NCBI GenBank assembly: GCA_903883965.1
Contig: CAISCU010000005.1
Coordinates: 26,818 to 90,817, forward strand
Length of the DNA: 64,000 nucleotides
Reading direction: 5' to 3'
DNA from: an uncultured Bacteroidota bacterium
GTDB taxonomy: Bacteria > Bacteroidota > Bacteroidia > UKL13-3
Positions 38,392 to 48,656 of the stretch are shown piece by piece. Numbering within the stretch: the first letter of the stretch is position 1; every line of letters starts with the position of its first letter. Under the pieces are notes generated by a model. The model ran no database searches. It was not told the DNA's origin and was given only the letters and a program-made list of their open reading frames with translations. Both the position numbers and the translations under genes were made by a program.

Positions 38392-39680
38392 TTACCCTCA
38401 GCCACCACGAACTTATCAAATTCATTGTTTGTATTGGAGCCATGCTCATTGCAGCAAGGTTGGTTGGAGAATTTTTCAGAAAATTCAAAATGCCATTGAT
38501 TGTTGGCGAATTGATTGCTGGTATATTACTTGGTCCGAGTTTTTTAGGAACCTATTTCCCTGAAATTTCTAAGTGGTTTTTCAATGGAACAGGCAATGTT
38601 GGAATTGCTTTAAATGGGCTTACTTCAATTTCAGTGATTATGTTGTTGTTTGTTGCAGGAATGGAAGTAGAGCTTTCATTAATACGTCAACAAGGAGCAG
38701 TGGCATTTAAAACCAGTTTGGTGGGTTTAATTATTCCTTTAGGATTGGGATATTTTTTTGGAAGGTATTTTTATGAATGGTTTGGAGAAACCAATGCCAA
38801 TAATATTTTGCCTTTTAGTTTGTTTATGGGAACCGCAATGGCAGTATCGGCATTGCCTGTTATTGCTAGAACACTCATGGATTTGGGTTTGTTTAGAACG
38901 CGAATAGGCATGATTATTATTGCGGCTGCCATGTTTGATGATTTAATTGGCTGGCTCTTGTTTTCAGTAATATTAGGGCTTTTAAACAAAAGTGCAGGGG
39001 GAATGGATTTTGTATATACACTTGGAATGACCCTGATGTACGCAGTTGGTATGTTAACAGTTGGCAGGTTTTTAATTAACAAATCATTGCCATGGGCGGA
39101 GAAAAATTTTACGTGGCCAGGAGGTTTTTTGTCTATTAGTTTGGGATTGGCTTTTTTAGGAGCTGCATTTACCGAATATGCTGGAATTCATGCCATATTT
39201 GGTGCATTTATTATGGGAATTGCCATAGGAGATTCTGTGCATGTGACTGAAAAAACAAGAGACATAGTTCACCAATTTGTTACGAATATTTTTGCGCCTT
39301 TGTTTTTTATTTCGGTAGGGCTCAAAGTGAATTTTATAATGAATTTTGATTTTAAAATAGTGCTCATAGTTTTGGTTTTGGCAATATCATGCAAGTTAAT
39401 AGGTGCTGGCTTGGGTGCTTTATGGGGTGGTTTGTCTAAGAAAGAAGCTTTGGCTGTTGGTTTTGGTATGAATGCAAGAGGAGCGATGGAAATTATATTA
39501 GCAACCTTGGCCTTACAGGCTCATTTAATTGGAGAACAATTGTTTGTGGCTATTGTTGTAATGGCCATTGTTACTTCTGTGATGGCTGGTCCTATGTTGC
39601 AATTTTTGTTAAATCCTAGCGTGAACACACTTAAAAATGCGTTTATAGATAACAATACTACTGTTCAAAAAAGCGAATAA
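38388..39680 (+). CDS. cation:proton antiporter (CPA2 / Na+-H+ exchanger family)
   Basis: 12-13 TM helices with N-terminal ...LIAARLVGEFFRKFKMPLIVGELIAGILLGPS, typical of KefB/NapA-type antiporters. The TTG start overlaps the USP stop (TTTGA). Confidence 0.75.
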   Translation: MITLSHHELIKFIVCIGAMLIAARLVGEFFRKFKMPLIVGELIAGILLGPSFLGTYFPEISKWFFNGTGNVGIALNGLTSISVIMLLFVAGMEVELSLIRQQGAVAFKTSLVGLIIPLGLGYFFGRYFYEWFGETNANNILPFSLFMGTAMAVSALPVIARTLMDLGLFRTRIGMIIIAAAMFDDLIGWLLFSVILGLLNKSAGGMDFVYTLGMTLMYAVGMLTVGRFLINKSLPWAEKNFTWPGGFLSISLGLAFLGAAFTEYAGIHAIFGAFIMGIAIGDSVHVTEKTRDIVHQFVTNIFAPLFFISVGLKVNFIMNFDFKIVLIVLVLAISCKLIGAGLGALWGGLSKKEALAVGFGMNARGAMEIILATLALQAHLIGEQLFVAIVVMAIVTSVMAGPMLQFLLNPSVNTLKNAFIDNNTTVQKSE

Positions 39681-39696
39681 ATTTCGACAACCTTTC

Positions 39697-40365
39697 ATGA
39701 AAGACAAACTCAGAAAATTTGCAGAGTACAAACTGCTTCCCAACTGTTTTGAATTTCCGTTTCATTTGAAATCAAATTGGAAATCAACTGTATTTAAAAA
39801 CAACAACTCATTGGTTTTAGAACTAGGCTGTGGTAAGGGAGAATACACGGTAGCCCTATCTGGAGCGTTTCCCGAAAAAAATTTCATTGGCATTGATGTC
39901 AAAAGTAACCGCATGTGGAAAGGGGCTAAAATTTCGCAAGAATTGGCCAGAACCAATGTAGCTTTTTGTAGGCTGATCATTGAAAAAATTGAAGAAGTTT
40001 TTGATGCCCAAGAAGTAGATGAAATATGGATTACTTTTCCAGATCCATTTCCAAAAGACAGGCATGAAAAATACAGGCTTACTGGAAAAATTTTTTTAAA
40101 GAGATACCACCAATTGTTAAAACCTGGAGGTACCATTCATTTTAAAACAGATGATGATCAGTTGTTCGAATATACAGTAGAAGTATTAGCGGGGCTTCAG
40201 ATACCATTGCTTTTTATAGAAAGAAATGTGTATGAATCTCCAACAGTAGATGCCTATGTAAAAGACATTCGTACCCATTACGAAAAATTATTTGCTGCAC
40301 AAGGTAGAACCATTAAGTACCTCTGCTTTCAATTCCCAGAAGCATTTAGTTTCGAAGAAAATTAG
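39697..40365 (+). CDS. trmB: tRNA (guanine46-N7)-methyltransferase
   Basis: LELGCGKGEYTVALSGAFPEKNFIGIDVK...W..FPDP.PK..H.K.R; 222 aa. Confidence 0.85.
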   Translation: MKDKLRKFAEYKLLPNCFEFPFHLKSNWKSTVFKNNNSLVLELGCGKGEYTVALSGAFPEKNFIGIDVKSNRMWKGAKISQELARTNVAFCRLIIEKIEEVFDAQEVDEIWITFPDPFPKDRHEKYRLTGKIFLKRYHQLLKPGGTIHFKTDDDQLFEYTVEVLAGLQIPLLFIERNVYESPTVDAYVKDIRTHYEKLFAAQGRTIKYLCFQFPEAFSFEEN

Positions 40366-40374
40366 CCCCTACAT

Positions 40375-41964
40375 TTATTGTAGTGCCTTTAAAGCGGCTT
40401 GAATGGCTTTGTCATTTTCTTTGATGGTAAAGTAATACCCATTCTCTCTCCAAATTTGACCGGCAATTAATGCTTTTAATTGCAGTTTAATAAATGCAGT
40501 ACTTTTAATTAAATCAGAATTTTTAGGTTTTGCAACGCCTTGAGCAATGGCATAATTTTCTAAACTTTGCAATGCTTTTTCAGAAAATTCAAAGGCTTTG
40601 TTGTATTGAACCAAAGACCCAAATGCATTTATGTTGGTTCTGTTTTTATCTAAGTAATCGTAAGCAAATTTTCCCATTAAGCCGCTTGATGCAAGAGCTG
40701 CCAAATAAGCTGAGGTGTAAGTTGTATCTATAGGAATAAAAACATCAGGGTTGATACCGCCTCCTCCATGTACAATTCTGCCTTTGATTTTTGTAAAATA
40801 AGCAGTTGTATCGGTAACTGATTCTTTTGAAGGGTCTTCTAACTCACCATTTGCAATGCGGTCGTAAATTTCGTGGTCGTAGTCGGTTCCTGCAGCATAT
40901 GATTTTTGGATACAACGTTCGCTTGGTGTGTAATAGCGTGCAACAGTTAACCGTACTTGAGAACCATCTTTTAAATCAAAGGGTTCTTGTACCAACCCTT
41001 TTCCAAAACTTCTTCGGCCAATGATTGTTCCCCTGTCCCAATCTTGAACGGCACCCGATAATATTTCACTGGCAGATGCCGAACCTTCATCTATGAGAAT
41101 GGCGAGTTTCCCATTTTCAAAAATGCCAAGTTTTTCTGTTATATAATCAACCCGGGGTTTGTTGTTACCCTTGGTAAATACGATGAGTTTTTTGTCTGAT
41201 AACAATTCGTCAACAATTTTTGTAGCTATGCCTAAATAGCCTCCAGGATTTCCCCTTAAATCAATCACCAACGCTTGTAAACCTTGATCCATTAAACCTT
41301 CCATTGCTTTTAAAAATTCTTCGTGGGTTTTTTCAGCAAAACGACTGATTTTAATATATCCTGTTTTTTCGTTTAACATGAAACTGGCATCTACGCTGTA
41401 AATTGGAATGGTACCTCTGGTAATGCGGTATTTAATTTTTTGACGGCTAGCAGGTCTGTAGATCCAAACATCCACTTCGGTTCCTCCCTTGCCTCTTAGC
41501 AGTTTAAACACTTTTTCGGATGTGATACCTTTGGATGCAACAGCTACGGTATCTACCTGAACAATGCGGTCTCCAGATTGTATGCCTAAGGCTTGTGCTG
41601 GTCCACCATTTAAGGCACTTACAATCATGATGGTATCGTTGAAAATATTGAATTCAACCCCAATGCCTTCAAAGTTGCCTTCTAATTGTTCGTTGGCCAT
41701 TTTTAAATCAGCAGCAGGAATGTAAACCGAATGTGGGTCTAAATTTGAAAGCAATTCATCTATAGATTTTTTTTCTATTGATTCAAGGTTTACCGTATCC
41801 ACATAGGCCTGTTGAATGATGCCTATGATTTCTGAAATTTTATTTTCTGAATTGGCTGTGTTAGCAAGTTGGTTTCCTGGTCTTAAAAAAACTCCGATGA
41901 GAATACCGCAAGCAATCAAGAGTCCATAGATAAAAGTTTGCCATTTATTGGGATGATTTACCAT
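40375..41964 (-). CDS. carboxy-terminal processing protease (peptidase S41, CtpA/Prc family)
   Basis: N-terminal TM anchor, a PDZ domain and an S41 catalytic region (..IDLRGNPGG... GTIIGRRSFGKG). The start is refined to the ATG at 41964. Confidence 0.8.
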   Translation of the reverse strand: MVNHPNKWQTFIYGLLIACGILIGVFLRPGNQLANTANSENKISEIIGIIQQAYVDTVNLESIEKKSIDELLSNLDPHSVYIPAADLKMANEQLEGNFEGIGVEFNIFNDTIMIVSALNGGPAQALGIQSGDRIVQVDTVAVASKGITSEKVFKLLRGKGGTEVDVWIYRPASRQKIKYRITRGTIPIYSVDASFMLNEKTGYIKISRFAEKTHEEFLKAMEGLMDQGLQALVIDLRGNPGGYLGIATKIVDELLSDKKLIVFTKGNNKPRVDYITEKLGIFENGKLAILIDEGSASASEILSGAVQDWDRGTIIGRRSFGKGLVQEPFDLKDGSQVRLTVARYYTPSERCIQKSYAAGTDYDHEIYDRIANGELEDPSKESVTDTTAYFTKIKGRIVHGGGGINPDVFIPIDTTYTSAYLAALASSGLMGKFAYDYLDKNRTNINAFGSLVQYNKAFEFSEKALQSLENYAIAQGVAKPKNSDLIKSTAFIKLQLKALIAGQIWRENGYYFTIKENDKAIQAALKALQ

Positions 41965-42015
41965 ATTTTTGATGAAAGTACGCAAATATAAACGACTAAA
42001 TCTGATTTATAATTT

Positions 42016-42852
42016 ATGGCCAAAATCAAATTAGAAAGAGATACTGAAAAAGACTCAAATTACCAGCATTTGGAACGCATGAGTACCAAAGCGTTGTTAA
42101 CCAATATGAACAAAGAAGACCAACTTGTTCCAAAGGCCATTAAAAAAGCCATTCCGCAAATAGAAAAATTGGTAGACCAAGCTAGCTTACAACTCAAAAA
42201 TGGAGGCCGTTTGTTTTACATTGGTGCAGGTACCAGCGGTAGGTTGGGCATTTTAGATGCCAGTGAATGTCCGCCAACTTATGGCGTGCCTCATGGATTG
42301 GTCATAGGTTTAATTGCAGGCGGAGACCAAGCCATTCGCAAAGCGGTTGAATTTGCAGAAGATGATACCAAACAAGGTTGGAAAGATTTGAAACAACACA
42401 AAATATCTACCAAAGATTTTTTAATTGGAATTGCTGCAAGTGGAACAACACCGTATGTGTTAGGTGCTATTGAAGCGGCAAGCGCAAAGGGTATTCAAAC
42501 AGGTTGTATAGTTTGTTCTAAAAACAGTCCAATTGCCAAAGCGGTTCATTTTCCAGTTGAGGTGGTAGTTGGGCCCGAATTTGTTACTGGTAGTACACGA
42601 ATGAAAGCAGGAACCGCACAAAAATTGTGTTTGAATATGATGAGTACTTCCATTATGATTAAGTTGGGAAGGGTTAAAGGGAATAAAATGGTAGACATGC
42701 AACTCAGTAACCATAAATTAGAAGAAAGAGCTGCAAATATGCTCATGGCAGAAATAAAAGTGAGTCGCCCAATAGCTCAGCAGTTATTGAAAAAACATGG
42801 CAATGTTAGAAAAGCTGCTGAAGCCTTTTTACTCAAGAAAAAGAAAGCCTAA
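42016..42852 (+). CDS. murQ: N-acetylmuramic acid 6-phosphate etherase
   Basis: SIS domain with MurQ motifs (..RLFYIGAGTSGRLGILDASECPPTYG...; GSTRMKAGTAQK); 278 aa. Confidence 0.85.
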   Translation: MAKIKLERDTEKDSNYQHLERMSTKALLTNMNKEDQLVPKAIKKAIPQIEKLVDQASLQLKNGGRLFYIGAGTSGRLGILDASECPPTYGVPHGLVIGLIAGGDQAIRKAVEFAEDDTKQGWKDLKQHKISTKDFLIGIAASGTTPYVLGAIEAASAKGIQTGCIVCSKNSPIAKAVHFPVEVVVGPEFVTGSTRMKAGTAQKLCLNMMSTSIMIKLGRVKGNKMVDMQLSNHKLEERAANMLMAEIKVSRPIAQQLLKKHGNVRKAAEAFLLKKKKA

Positions 42853-42863
42853 AAGTTGCATGC

Positions 42864-43307
42864 ATGCTTGAGAAAATAATCACCGTTGCTTTTTTTAGTT
42901 CGTTTAAATTTATTGTTGGATTTGGATTGGCCCTGAGCTATCAGTTTAACTTTTTAGAGTTTTATATTGCCATTGTTGGGGGTGGCATGTTGGGTACAGT
43001 GGTGTATTTGTATTTGTGGGATTTTGTTTCAAAAATTTACAGAATAATAGTTCCAAAAAAACCGGTACAAGTGAAGTTTTCTAAGCGCCTGAGATGGTTG
43101 GTAAAAATCATTAGAAAGTATGAGTTATATGGGGTTGCTTTTTTAAGTCCATTGGTACTTACATTGCCCATTGGCTGCTTCATTGCAAACCAAATTGAAC
43201 CCAATAAATGGAGAATTAAATTGTTTATGTTTGTATCTTTAAGTGGATGGACATTTCTATGTTGGTTGGTACAAAACTTAATTGGCCAAGCTTGGTTCAG
43301 TAATTAA
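42864..43307 (+). CDS. hypothetical small membrane protein (3-4 TM helices)
   Basis: Hydrophobic 147-aa ORF in an otherwise unannotated 460-bp gap between murQ and radA. Confidence 0.4.
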   Translation: MLEKIITVAFFSSFKFIVGFGLALSYQFNFLEFYIAIVGGGMLGTVVYLYLWDFVSKIYRIIVPKKPVQVKFSKRLRWLVKIIRKYELYGVAFLSPLVLTLPIGCFIANQIEPNKWRIKLFMFVSLSGWTFLCWLVQNLIGQAWFSN

Positions 43308-43313
43308 AAAAAT

Positions 43314-44678
43314 ATGGCTAAAAATACGAGCAGTTTCTTTTGTAAAAGTTGTGGCGCTTCTGCAGCAAAATGGGTTGGAAAATGTCCAGCTTGTGGCGAA
43401 TGGAATACCTATGTAGAAGAAGTGGTACATAAAGAAAAAATTGCTTTTAAAAGCTCATGGAAATCAGAGAACCAACAACATATAGTTCCTGTTCAACTCA
43501 AAGAGGTAAACCAAATCAATGAACAAAGATTGGTGATTGAAGACCAAGAATTGAGTAGGGTTTTAGGAGGTGGTTTGGTTCCTGGTTCAGTTATTTTAGT
43601 TGGAGGTGAACCTGGCATTGGCAAGTCAACTTTGTTGCTGCAATTGGCCTTGAGGTTTCACAATAAAAAAGTACTGTATGTGTCAGGTGAGGAAAGCGAG
43701 ACGCAAATTAAAATGCGTGCAGACCGCATTACCAATTCAGGTTCAGATTGCTATTTGTTTACAGAAACCAGCACCCAGAAGATTGGCAAAGCGCTGCAAC
43801 AATTGCAACCCGATTTGTTGATTGTAGATTCCATCCAAACCTTACAAAGCGAGTTAATTGATTCTGGACCAGGAAGTATTTCTCAAATCAAAGAAACAGC
43901 TGGTGATTTAATTCGCTTTGCAAAAGAAACAGGTACACCCGTTTTTTTAATTGGTCATATAACCAAAGATGGCAGCATTGCTGGTCCCAAATTATTGGAG
44001 CATATGGTTGATACAGTTTTGCAATTTGAGGGTGATAGGCACCATGTTTATCGCATTTTAAGGAGCATTAAAAACAGGTTTGGTTCTACCAACGAAATTG
44101 GTATTTATGAAATGCAAATGGGTGGACTCAGAGAAGTTAGCAATCCATCTGAAATTTTAATCACACAAAGGGATGAAAACTTGAGTGGTATTTCTGTTTC
44201 GGCTTCATTAGAAGGAATGCGTTCACTTTTAATAGAAACACAAGCGCTTGTGAGTGCTGCTGTATATGGAACTCCTCAACGAAATTCAAACGGATACGAT
44301 AGCAAAAGATTAAACATGTTATTGGCTGTATTAGAAAAAAAATGCGGGCTAAGAATGGGTATGCAAGATGTATTTGTAAATATTGCTGGGGGTATACGAG
44401 TAGAAGATCCTGCCATTGATTTAGGTGTGGTTGCTGCCATTGTTTCTAGTTATGAAAACCTGCCAGTAGACCAGCAAATTTGTTTCATAGGAGAAGTTGG
44501 TTTAAGTGGAGAAATTAGGGCTGTAAATAGAATAGAACAACGTATTGGAGAGGCCGAAAAGCTAGGTTTTAAAACGGTTTATTTGTCAAAATTTAACAAA
44601 TTGCCTAAAACAAACTTCAGTATAAACGTGGTAGAAGTTGGTAAAATTGAAGAGTTGTTGTCTTATTTGTTTGGGTAA
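43314..44678 (+). CDS. radA: DNA repair protein RadA (Sms)
   Basis: N-terminal zinc ribbon C.SCG......GKCP.CGEWNT, a RecA-like P-loop (GGEPGIGKSTLLLQ), the KNRFG motif and a Lon-like C-domain. Confidence 0.9.
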   Translation: MAKNTSSFFCKSCGASAAKWVGKCPACGEWNTYVEEVVHKEKIAFKSSWKSENQQHIVPVQLKEVNQINEQRLVIEDQELSRVLGGGLVPGSVILVGGEPGIGKSTLLLQLALRFHNKKVLYVSGEESETQIKMRADRITNSGSDCYLFTETSTQKIGKALQQLQPDLLIVDSIQTLQSELIDSGPGSISQIKETAGDLIRFAKETGTPVFLIGHITKDGSIAGPKLLEHMVDTVLQFEGDRHHVYRILRSIKNRFGSTNEIGIYEMQMGGLREVSNPSEILITQRDENLSGISVSASLEGMRSLLIETQALVSAAVYGTPQRNSNGYDSKRLNMLLAVLEKKCGLRMGMQDVFVNIAGGIRVEDPAIDLGVVAAIVSSYENLPVDQQICFIGEVGLSGEIRAVNRIEQRIGEAEKLGFKTVYLSKFNKLPKTNFSINVVEVGKIEELLSYLFG

Positions 44679-45341
44679 TTATTTACCTAGCATGTGACGG
44701 GCTTTTTCTATACCAGATTCTGGTGAACCTCCATAAAAAAATATAAATAAACCCAGTATAATAAACAGCAGGCCTACTACAATATTCATCCATTGAATAA
44801 AAGAATCGGATAGTATTTTTTTGAGTTTGTGTGAAGAATAACAAATCAAAGATTGAGTGGCAAATACACTGGCCATTACTGATGAAAAAAACAAAATCAA
44901 TTGTACATTGTCGTACAACAATGAAGACCTTAAATAGGCACTGATTCCAACCCAAGTAAGTAAAATCATTGGGTTGAGTTTATTGAGAATAAACCCTTTA
45001 CTTAAGAAATAAAAATTGGGTTCAGCTACAATTTCTTTCTCCTCAAATTTCTTTTTGGATTGTAATATATTTTTAAGGCCAAAAAACAAAAATGACAGCA
45101 TGGCCAATATGCGTATGAGTTTGTCGTATTTGGGAAGCTCTTCGCTAATAAATGATGTAGCAAACAAGGCCATTAAAATATAAAGCATGTCGCTGATCAT
45201 GGCTCCTAGCGCAATGAATAAACCTTTTTTGACCCCTTTAGCAATGCTGGTTTGAATCAAAGCAAAAAAGCCCGCTCCAAATGAGAGGGTTAAAACCAAT
45301 CCGGTTACAATTCCTTTAAGTATGATTTCTGTCCAAGCCAT
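44679..45341 (-). CDS. LysE/RhtB family amino-acid efflux translocator
   Basis: ~220-aa six-TM protein with an N-terminal ..G...G..L.LS.G.G.F.. pattern typical of LysE-type translocators. Confidence 0.65.
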   Translation of the reverse strand: MAWTEIILKGIVTGLVLTLSFGAGFFALIQTSIAKGVKKGLFIALGAMISDMLYILMALFATSFISEELPKYDKLIRILAMLSFLFFGLKNILQSKKKFEEKEIVAEPNFYFLSKGFILNKLNPMILLTWVGISAYLRSSLLYDNVQLILFFSSVMASVFATQSLICYSSHKLKKILSDSFIQWMNIVVGLLFIILGLFIFFYGGSPESGIEKARHMLGK

Positions 45342-45386
45342 TTTGAATGTAAAATACGGCGCAGGCTTTGCCTGCGCCGTATTTTT

Positions 45387-46781
45387 TTATTGATTACCTA
45401 CCATATTAGCTGGTATTACCCAAGCATCAAATTGTTCATTGGTTACCAAGCCTAATTCTATAGCAGCTTCTCTGAGTGTTTTGTTTTCTTTATGTGCTTT
45501 TTTTGCAATTTTTGCAGCGTTTTCGTAACCAATATGGGTATTCAAGGCTGTTACCAACATCAATGAATTTTCCATGTGTTTTTGAATCACCTCTTTATTG
45601 GCAAGAATACCTACTGCACAATTGTTGTTAAATGATACACAAGCATCGCCAATTAAGCGCGCGCTCTGTAATACATTTGCAGCAATCAATGGTTTAAATA
45701 CGTTCAATTCAAAATGGCCATTGCTGCCACCAATTGAAACAGCCACATCGTTCCCAATTACTTGAGCTGCCACCATGGTCATTGCTTCAGGCTGAGTTGG
45801 ATTTACTTTTCCTGGCATAATAGAAGAGCCTGGCTCGTTATCTGGAATGATAATTTCACCTATACCACTTCTTGGACCCGATGAAAGCATGCGTATATCG
45901 TTGGCAATTTTCATTAAACTCACTGCTACTCTTTTGAGTGCACCACTCAGTTCAACCATGGCATCATGAGCAGCTAGCGCTTCAAATTTATTCGGTGCAG
46001 TTATAAATGGTAAACCAGTAAATTCAGCAATTTTTTTTGCTACCAATACATCGTAACCTTTTGGAGTATTTAAGCCGGTTCCTACAGCGGTTCCACCTAA
46101 TGCCAATTCTCTAACCATTTCAATGGCCAATTTCAATGCCCTTATGCCATTGTCTAATTGTTGAACATACCCACTGAACTCCTGACCTAAAGTTAAAGGT
46201 GTGGCATCCATAAAATGTGTTCTGCCGGTTTTAACAATGTCTTTGAACTCAATTGCTTTTTGGGCCAAAGTATCTCTCAATTGTTGAATACCAGGAATGG
46301 TATTTTCTATCACCAATTTATAAGATGCAATATGCATTGCAGTTGGGTAAGTATCATTACTAGATTGCGATTTGTTTACATCATCATTTGGGTGCAGAAT
46401 TTTTTTGTCATCATTTAAACTGCCTCCACTTAGTACATGAGCTCTGTAAGCTACTACTTCGTTCACATTCATATTACTTTGGGTTCCCGAACCGGTTTGC
46501 CAAATGACAAGTGGAAATTCAGCATCTAATTTTCCAGCTAAAATTTCGTCACAAACGGTTTCAATCATGCTGCATTTTTCTTTGGACAAAACACCCAAAT
46601 CCATATTGGCATGTGCAGCTGCCTTTTTCAAATAAGCAAAAGCATAAATAATTTCTTTTGGCATACTGGCCTCTGGACCAATTTTAAAGTTATTTCTAGA
46701 TCTTTCTGTTTGTGCACCCCAGTACTTTTCGGCAGGTACCAATACCTCGCCCATGGTATCATGTTCTTTTCTGAATGACAT
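45387..46781 (-). CDS. fumC: class II fumarate hydratase
   Basis: Fumarase/aspartase superfamily signature [13 protein letters not shown]. The N-terminus ([21 protein letters not shown]) matches the FumC pattern rather than AspA. The start is refined to the ATG at 46781. Confidence 0.85.
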   Translation of the reverse strand: MSFRKEHDTMGEVLVPAEKYWGAQTERSRNNFKIGPEASMPKEIIYAFAYLKKAAAHANMDLGVLSKEKCSMIETVCDEILAGKLDAEFPLVIWQTGSGTQSNMNVNEVVAYRAHVLSGGSLNDDKKILHPNDDVNKSQSSNDTYPTAMHIASYKLVIENTIPGIQQLRDTLAQKAIEFKDIVKTGRTHFMDATPLTLGQEFSGYVQQLDNGIRALKLAIEMVRELALGGTAVGTGLNTPKGYDVLVAKKIAEFTGLPFITAPNKFEALAAHDAMVELSGALKRVAVSLMKIANDIRMLSSGPRSGIGEIIIPDNEPGSSIMPGKVNPTQPEAMTMVAAQVIGNDVAVSIGGSNGHFELNVFKPLIAANVLQSARLIGDACVSFNNNCAVGILANKEVIQKHMENSLMLVTALNTHIGYENAAKIAKKAHKENKTLREAAIELGLVTNEQFDAWVIPANMVGNQ

Positions 46782-46858
46782 ATAATAAATATTTTGGAAT
46801 GCGAATTTAAGGGAAAGCGATGAACTTACCTCGTTTGATTGCAATAAATTGACCTAGC

Positions 46859-47734
46859 TTACTCTTGGTATTGAAGCTGTGAATCTGATTCATGGATAGC
46901 CCAAATATCCATGTACACATTTCCTTGTTGGTTGTAATACTGGTGTAAGCTTTCAAACAAGTGTTTGTCGTGCTTGGTCAAGGTTAATAAGTACCTGCCA
47001 TGGTTGTCAAATATAACCCATTTGTCATAACCTAAATCCACTAAGAAATCAAAAATAGCTGGGCCATTTTCATTCTGTTTGGCAAGGTAAAACGGATCGT
47101 ACTCGAAAAATATACTGGCTTTTGATTGCCTTAAAAAAGTTGCAGCACCTCGTATAATTTTGTTGTCAAAACCATCCGTATCAATTTTAAGTAATTTGGC
47201 ATTGGCAAATGCAGGATGTTTTTCTATTACAGATGAAATGGTTGCAATAGCCAAACCAGTTACATCTTCTTCTAAGTATGCAGTGCCCAATTGGTTAACT
47301 GGTTTCACCTTAGTAACAGTTTCTCCAACAAATGAGGCTTCTATAGTTATATCATGTAAGTTTTTGCTGTTTTTATCCAGTAGGGGTAAAAATTTAGGAT
47401 TGCCTTCTATACACAAAATAGGTGCTTGAATGCGGTGTTGCACAATGGCGGCAGAATCGCCCACATTTGCACCTACGTCAATAACAGAAAAATGCGGATA
47501 TTTTTGGGCTATTATGCTAGCAACTTGTCCTAGGTTTTGACTATAGCTTGGAAATTGTTTTAAATTAAAGGGTAAATCATGGCTCAAATTCATGTCAATA
47601 ATTTGTCCATGGTAATTCCATTGAATAATTGGATCTGCTATTTTTAAATAAACCAATCGCAAAAGGGCAAAACACTTTTGACTGTATTTTCCTTTTGCGC
47701 GTAGCAATTGATTGAATATAAATTGAGCCAACAT
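46859..47734 (-). CDS. FkbM family methyltransferase
   Basis: FkbM pattern: Gly-rich VIDVGANVGDS..., ..CIEGNP... and LLKIDTDGFD.KII.GA (cf. family fDvGAniG ... lKiDvEGaE). Confidence 0.7.
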   Translation of the reverse strand: MLAQFIFNQLLRAKGKYSQKCFALLRLVYLKIADPIIQWNYHGQIIDMNLSHDLPFNLKQFPSYSQNLGQVASIIAQKYPHFSVIDVGANVGDSAAIVQHRIQAPILCIEGNPKFLPLLDKNSKNLHDITIEASFVGETVTKVKPVNQLGTAYLEEDVTGLAIATISSVIEKHPAFANAKLLKIDTDGFDNKIIRGAATFLRQSKASIFFEYDPFYLAKQNENGPAIFDFLVDLGYDKWVIFDNHGRYLLTLTKHDKHLFESLHQYYNQQGNVYMDIWAIHESDSQLQYQE

Positions 47735-47735
47735 C

Positions 47736-48656
47736 TTATAAGAAATTACTTAATGGAGCCATATCTCCAGTGCTTACATTCACCACCAATTTATCTTTTG
47801 CTTTCCAAATGGCTTGGGCGTCTGCAGTTAATGTTAGATTGCCAGATGCATCTCTGTTTTGTCTGAATCGGGCAGCTACATAACCTTGCTCTGAGCTCAT
47901 GGCAGGAAATGCACCCAACTTATCTTTTCTTACAAAATAGGCATTGTTACCATTGGTATTGCTGCCCACAAAACTGTAACCTTTTTTTTCTGCCAATTCA
48001 CACATGGCTTTTAAAGAAGCGCCAAAATACAAATTACTGTAATGGGCATTTGTTACATAGAATTGATCGTCATACGGAACGCTAATAGCAGCTTTGTTGC
48101 CAAACATGCTATTGTATTCCATAATTACAATTTGAGGTTGAACAATGGTTAAACACTCCCAAATCCAGTAATCGTTTCCATCAATATCTATGTGTAAAAT
48201 ACCTAACTCACCACTAAAACCAGCAGCTTCGATGGCTTGATTGATATTGTTTTTTGTTACAAACAATGGTATAGCTGTTAAGTCATATTTCCAGCTGATG
48301 CTGTCGTTTTTAACAAATTCCATGTTTTGAGCAGATCCATCAAAAATGAGCCCTTTCCAGTTGTTATTGATCAATAAAAAACGGGTATTTGCTTCTAAAT
48401 AATTGCCCACGCCAAACTCAATGAATGTTTGTTGGGAAATGGGTAGCTGGTGAATCAAATATTGAATAATTCCGTCATCGCCCCACTGAGAAAATGCTGA
48501 AAACTCTACAGTTCTAAAGTCTTGAACAGGCCCTTTCAATGACATAATTTGTTTAACCATGGGTTGAGCCGATAGTACTTTTATTTTTTCGAGCTCTTCT
48601 CTAACATAAGCTCCTATTTTTTTGCTACCAATGAGTTGATGAAAAAATTTCTTCAC
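47736..48656 (-). CDS. FkbM-like methyltransferase-fold protein (divergent paralogue)
   Basis: Weaker match to the same pattern (IEFGVGNYLEANT; GLIFDGS..N.EF..N; ILHIDIDGNDYWIWE..; QIVIMEYN). GTG start. Confidence 0.45.
   Translation of the reverse strand: MKKFFHQLIGSKKIGAYVREELEKIKVLSAQPMVKQIMSLKGPVQDFRTVEFSAFSQWGDDGIIQYLIHQLPISQQTFIEFGVGNYLEANTRFLLINNNWKGLIFDGSAQNMEFVKNDSISWKYDLTAIPLFVTKNNINQAIEAAGFSGELGILHIDIDGNDYWIWECLTIVQPQIVIMEYNSMFGNKAAISVPYDDQFYVTNAHYSNLYFGASLKAMCELAEKKGYSFVGSNTNGNNAYFVRKDKLGAFPAMSSEQGYVAARFRQNRDASGNLTLTADAQAIWKAKDKLVVNVSTGDMAPLSNFL

Noticed and set aside
45387-46844. Calling the fumarase-superfamily gene aspartate ammonia-lyase (aspA)
   Set aside because: Both families share GSSxMPxKxN. 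The N-terminal block ([15 protein letters not shown]) is what I remember as a fumarase C N-terminal pattern rather than AspA, and sucD nearby fits a TCA-cycle context. Some ambiguity remains without a phylogeny.
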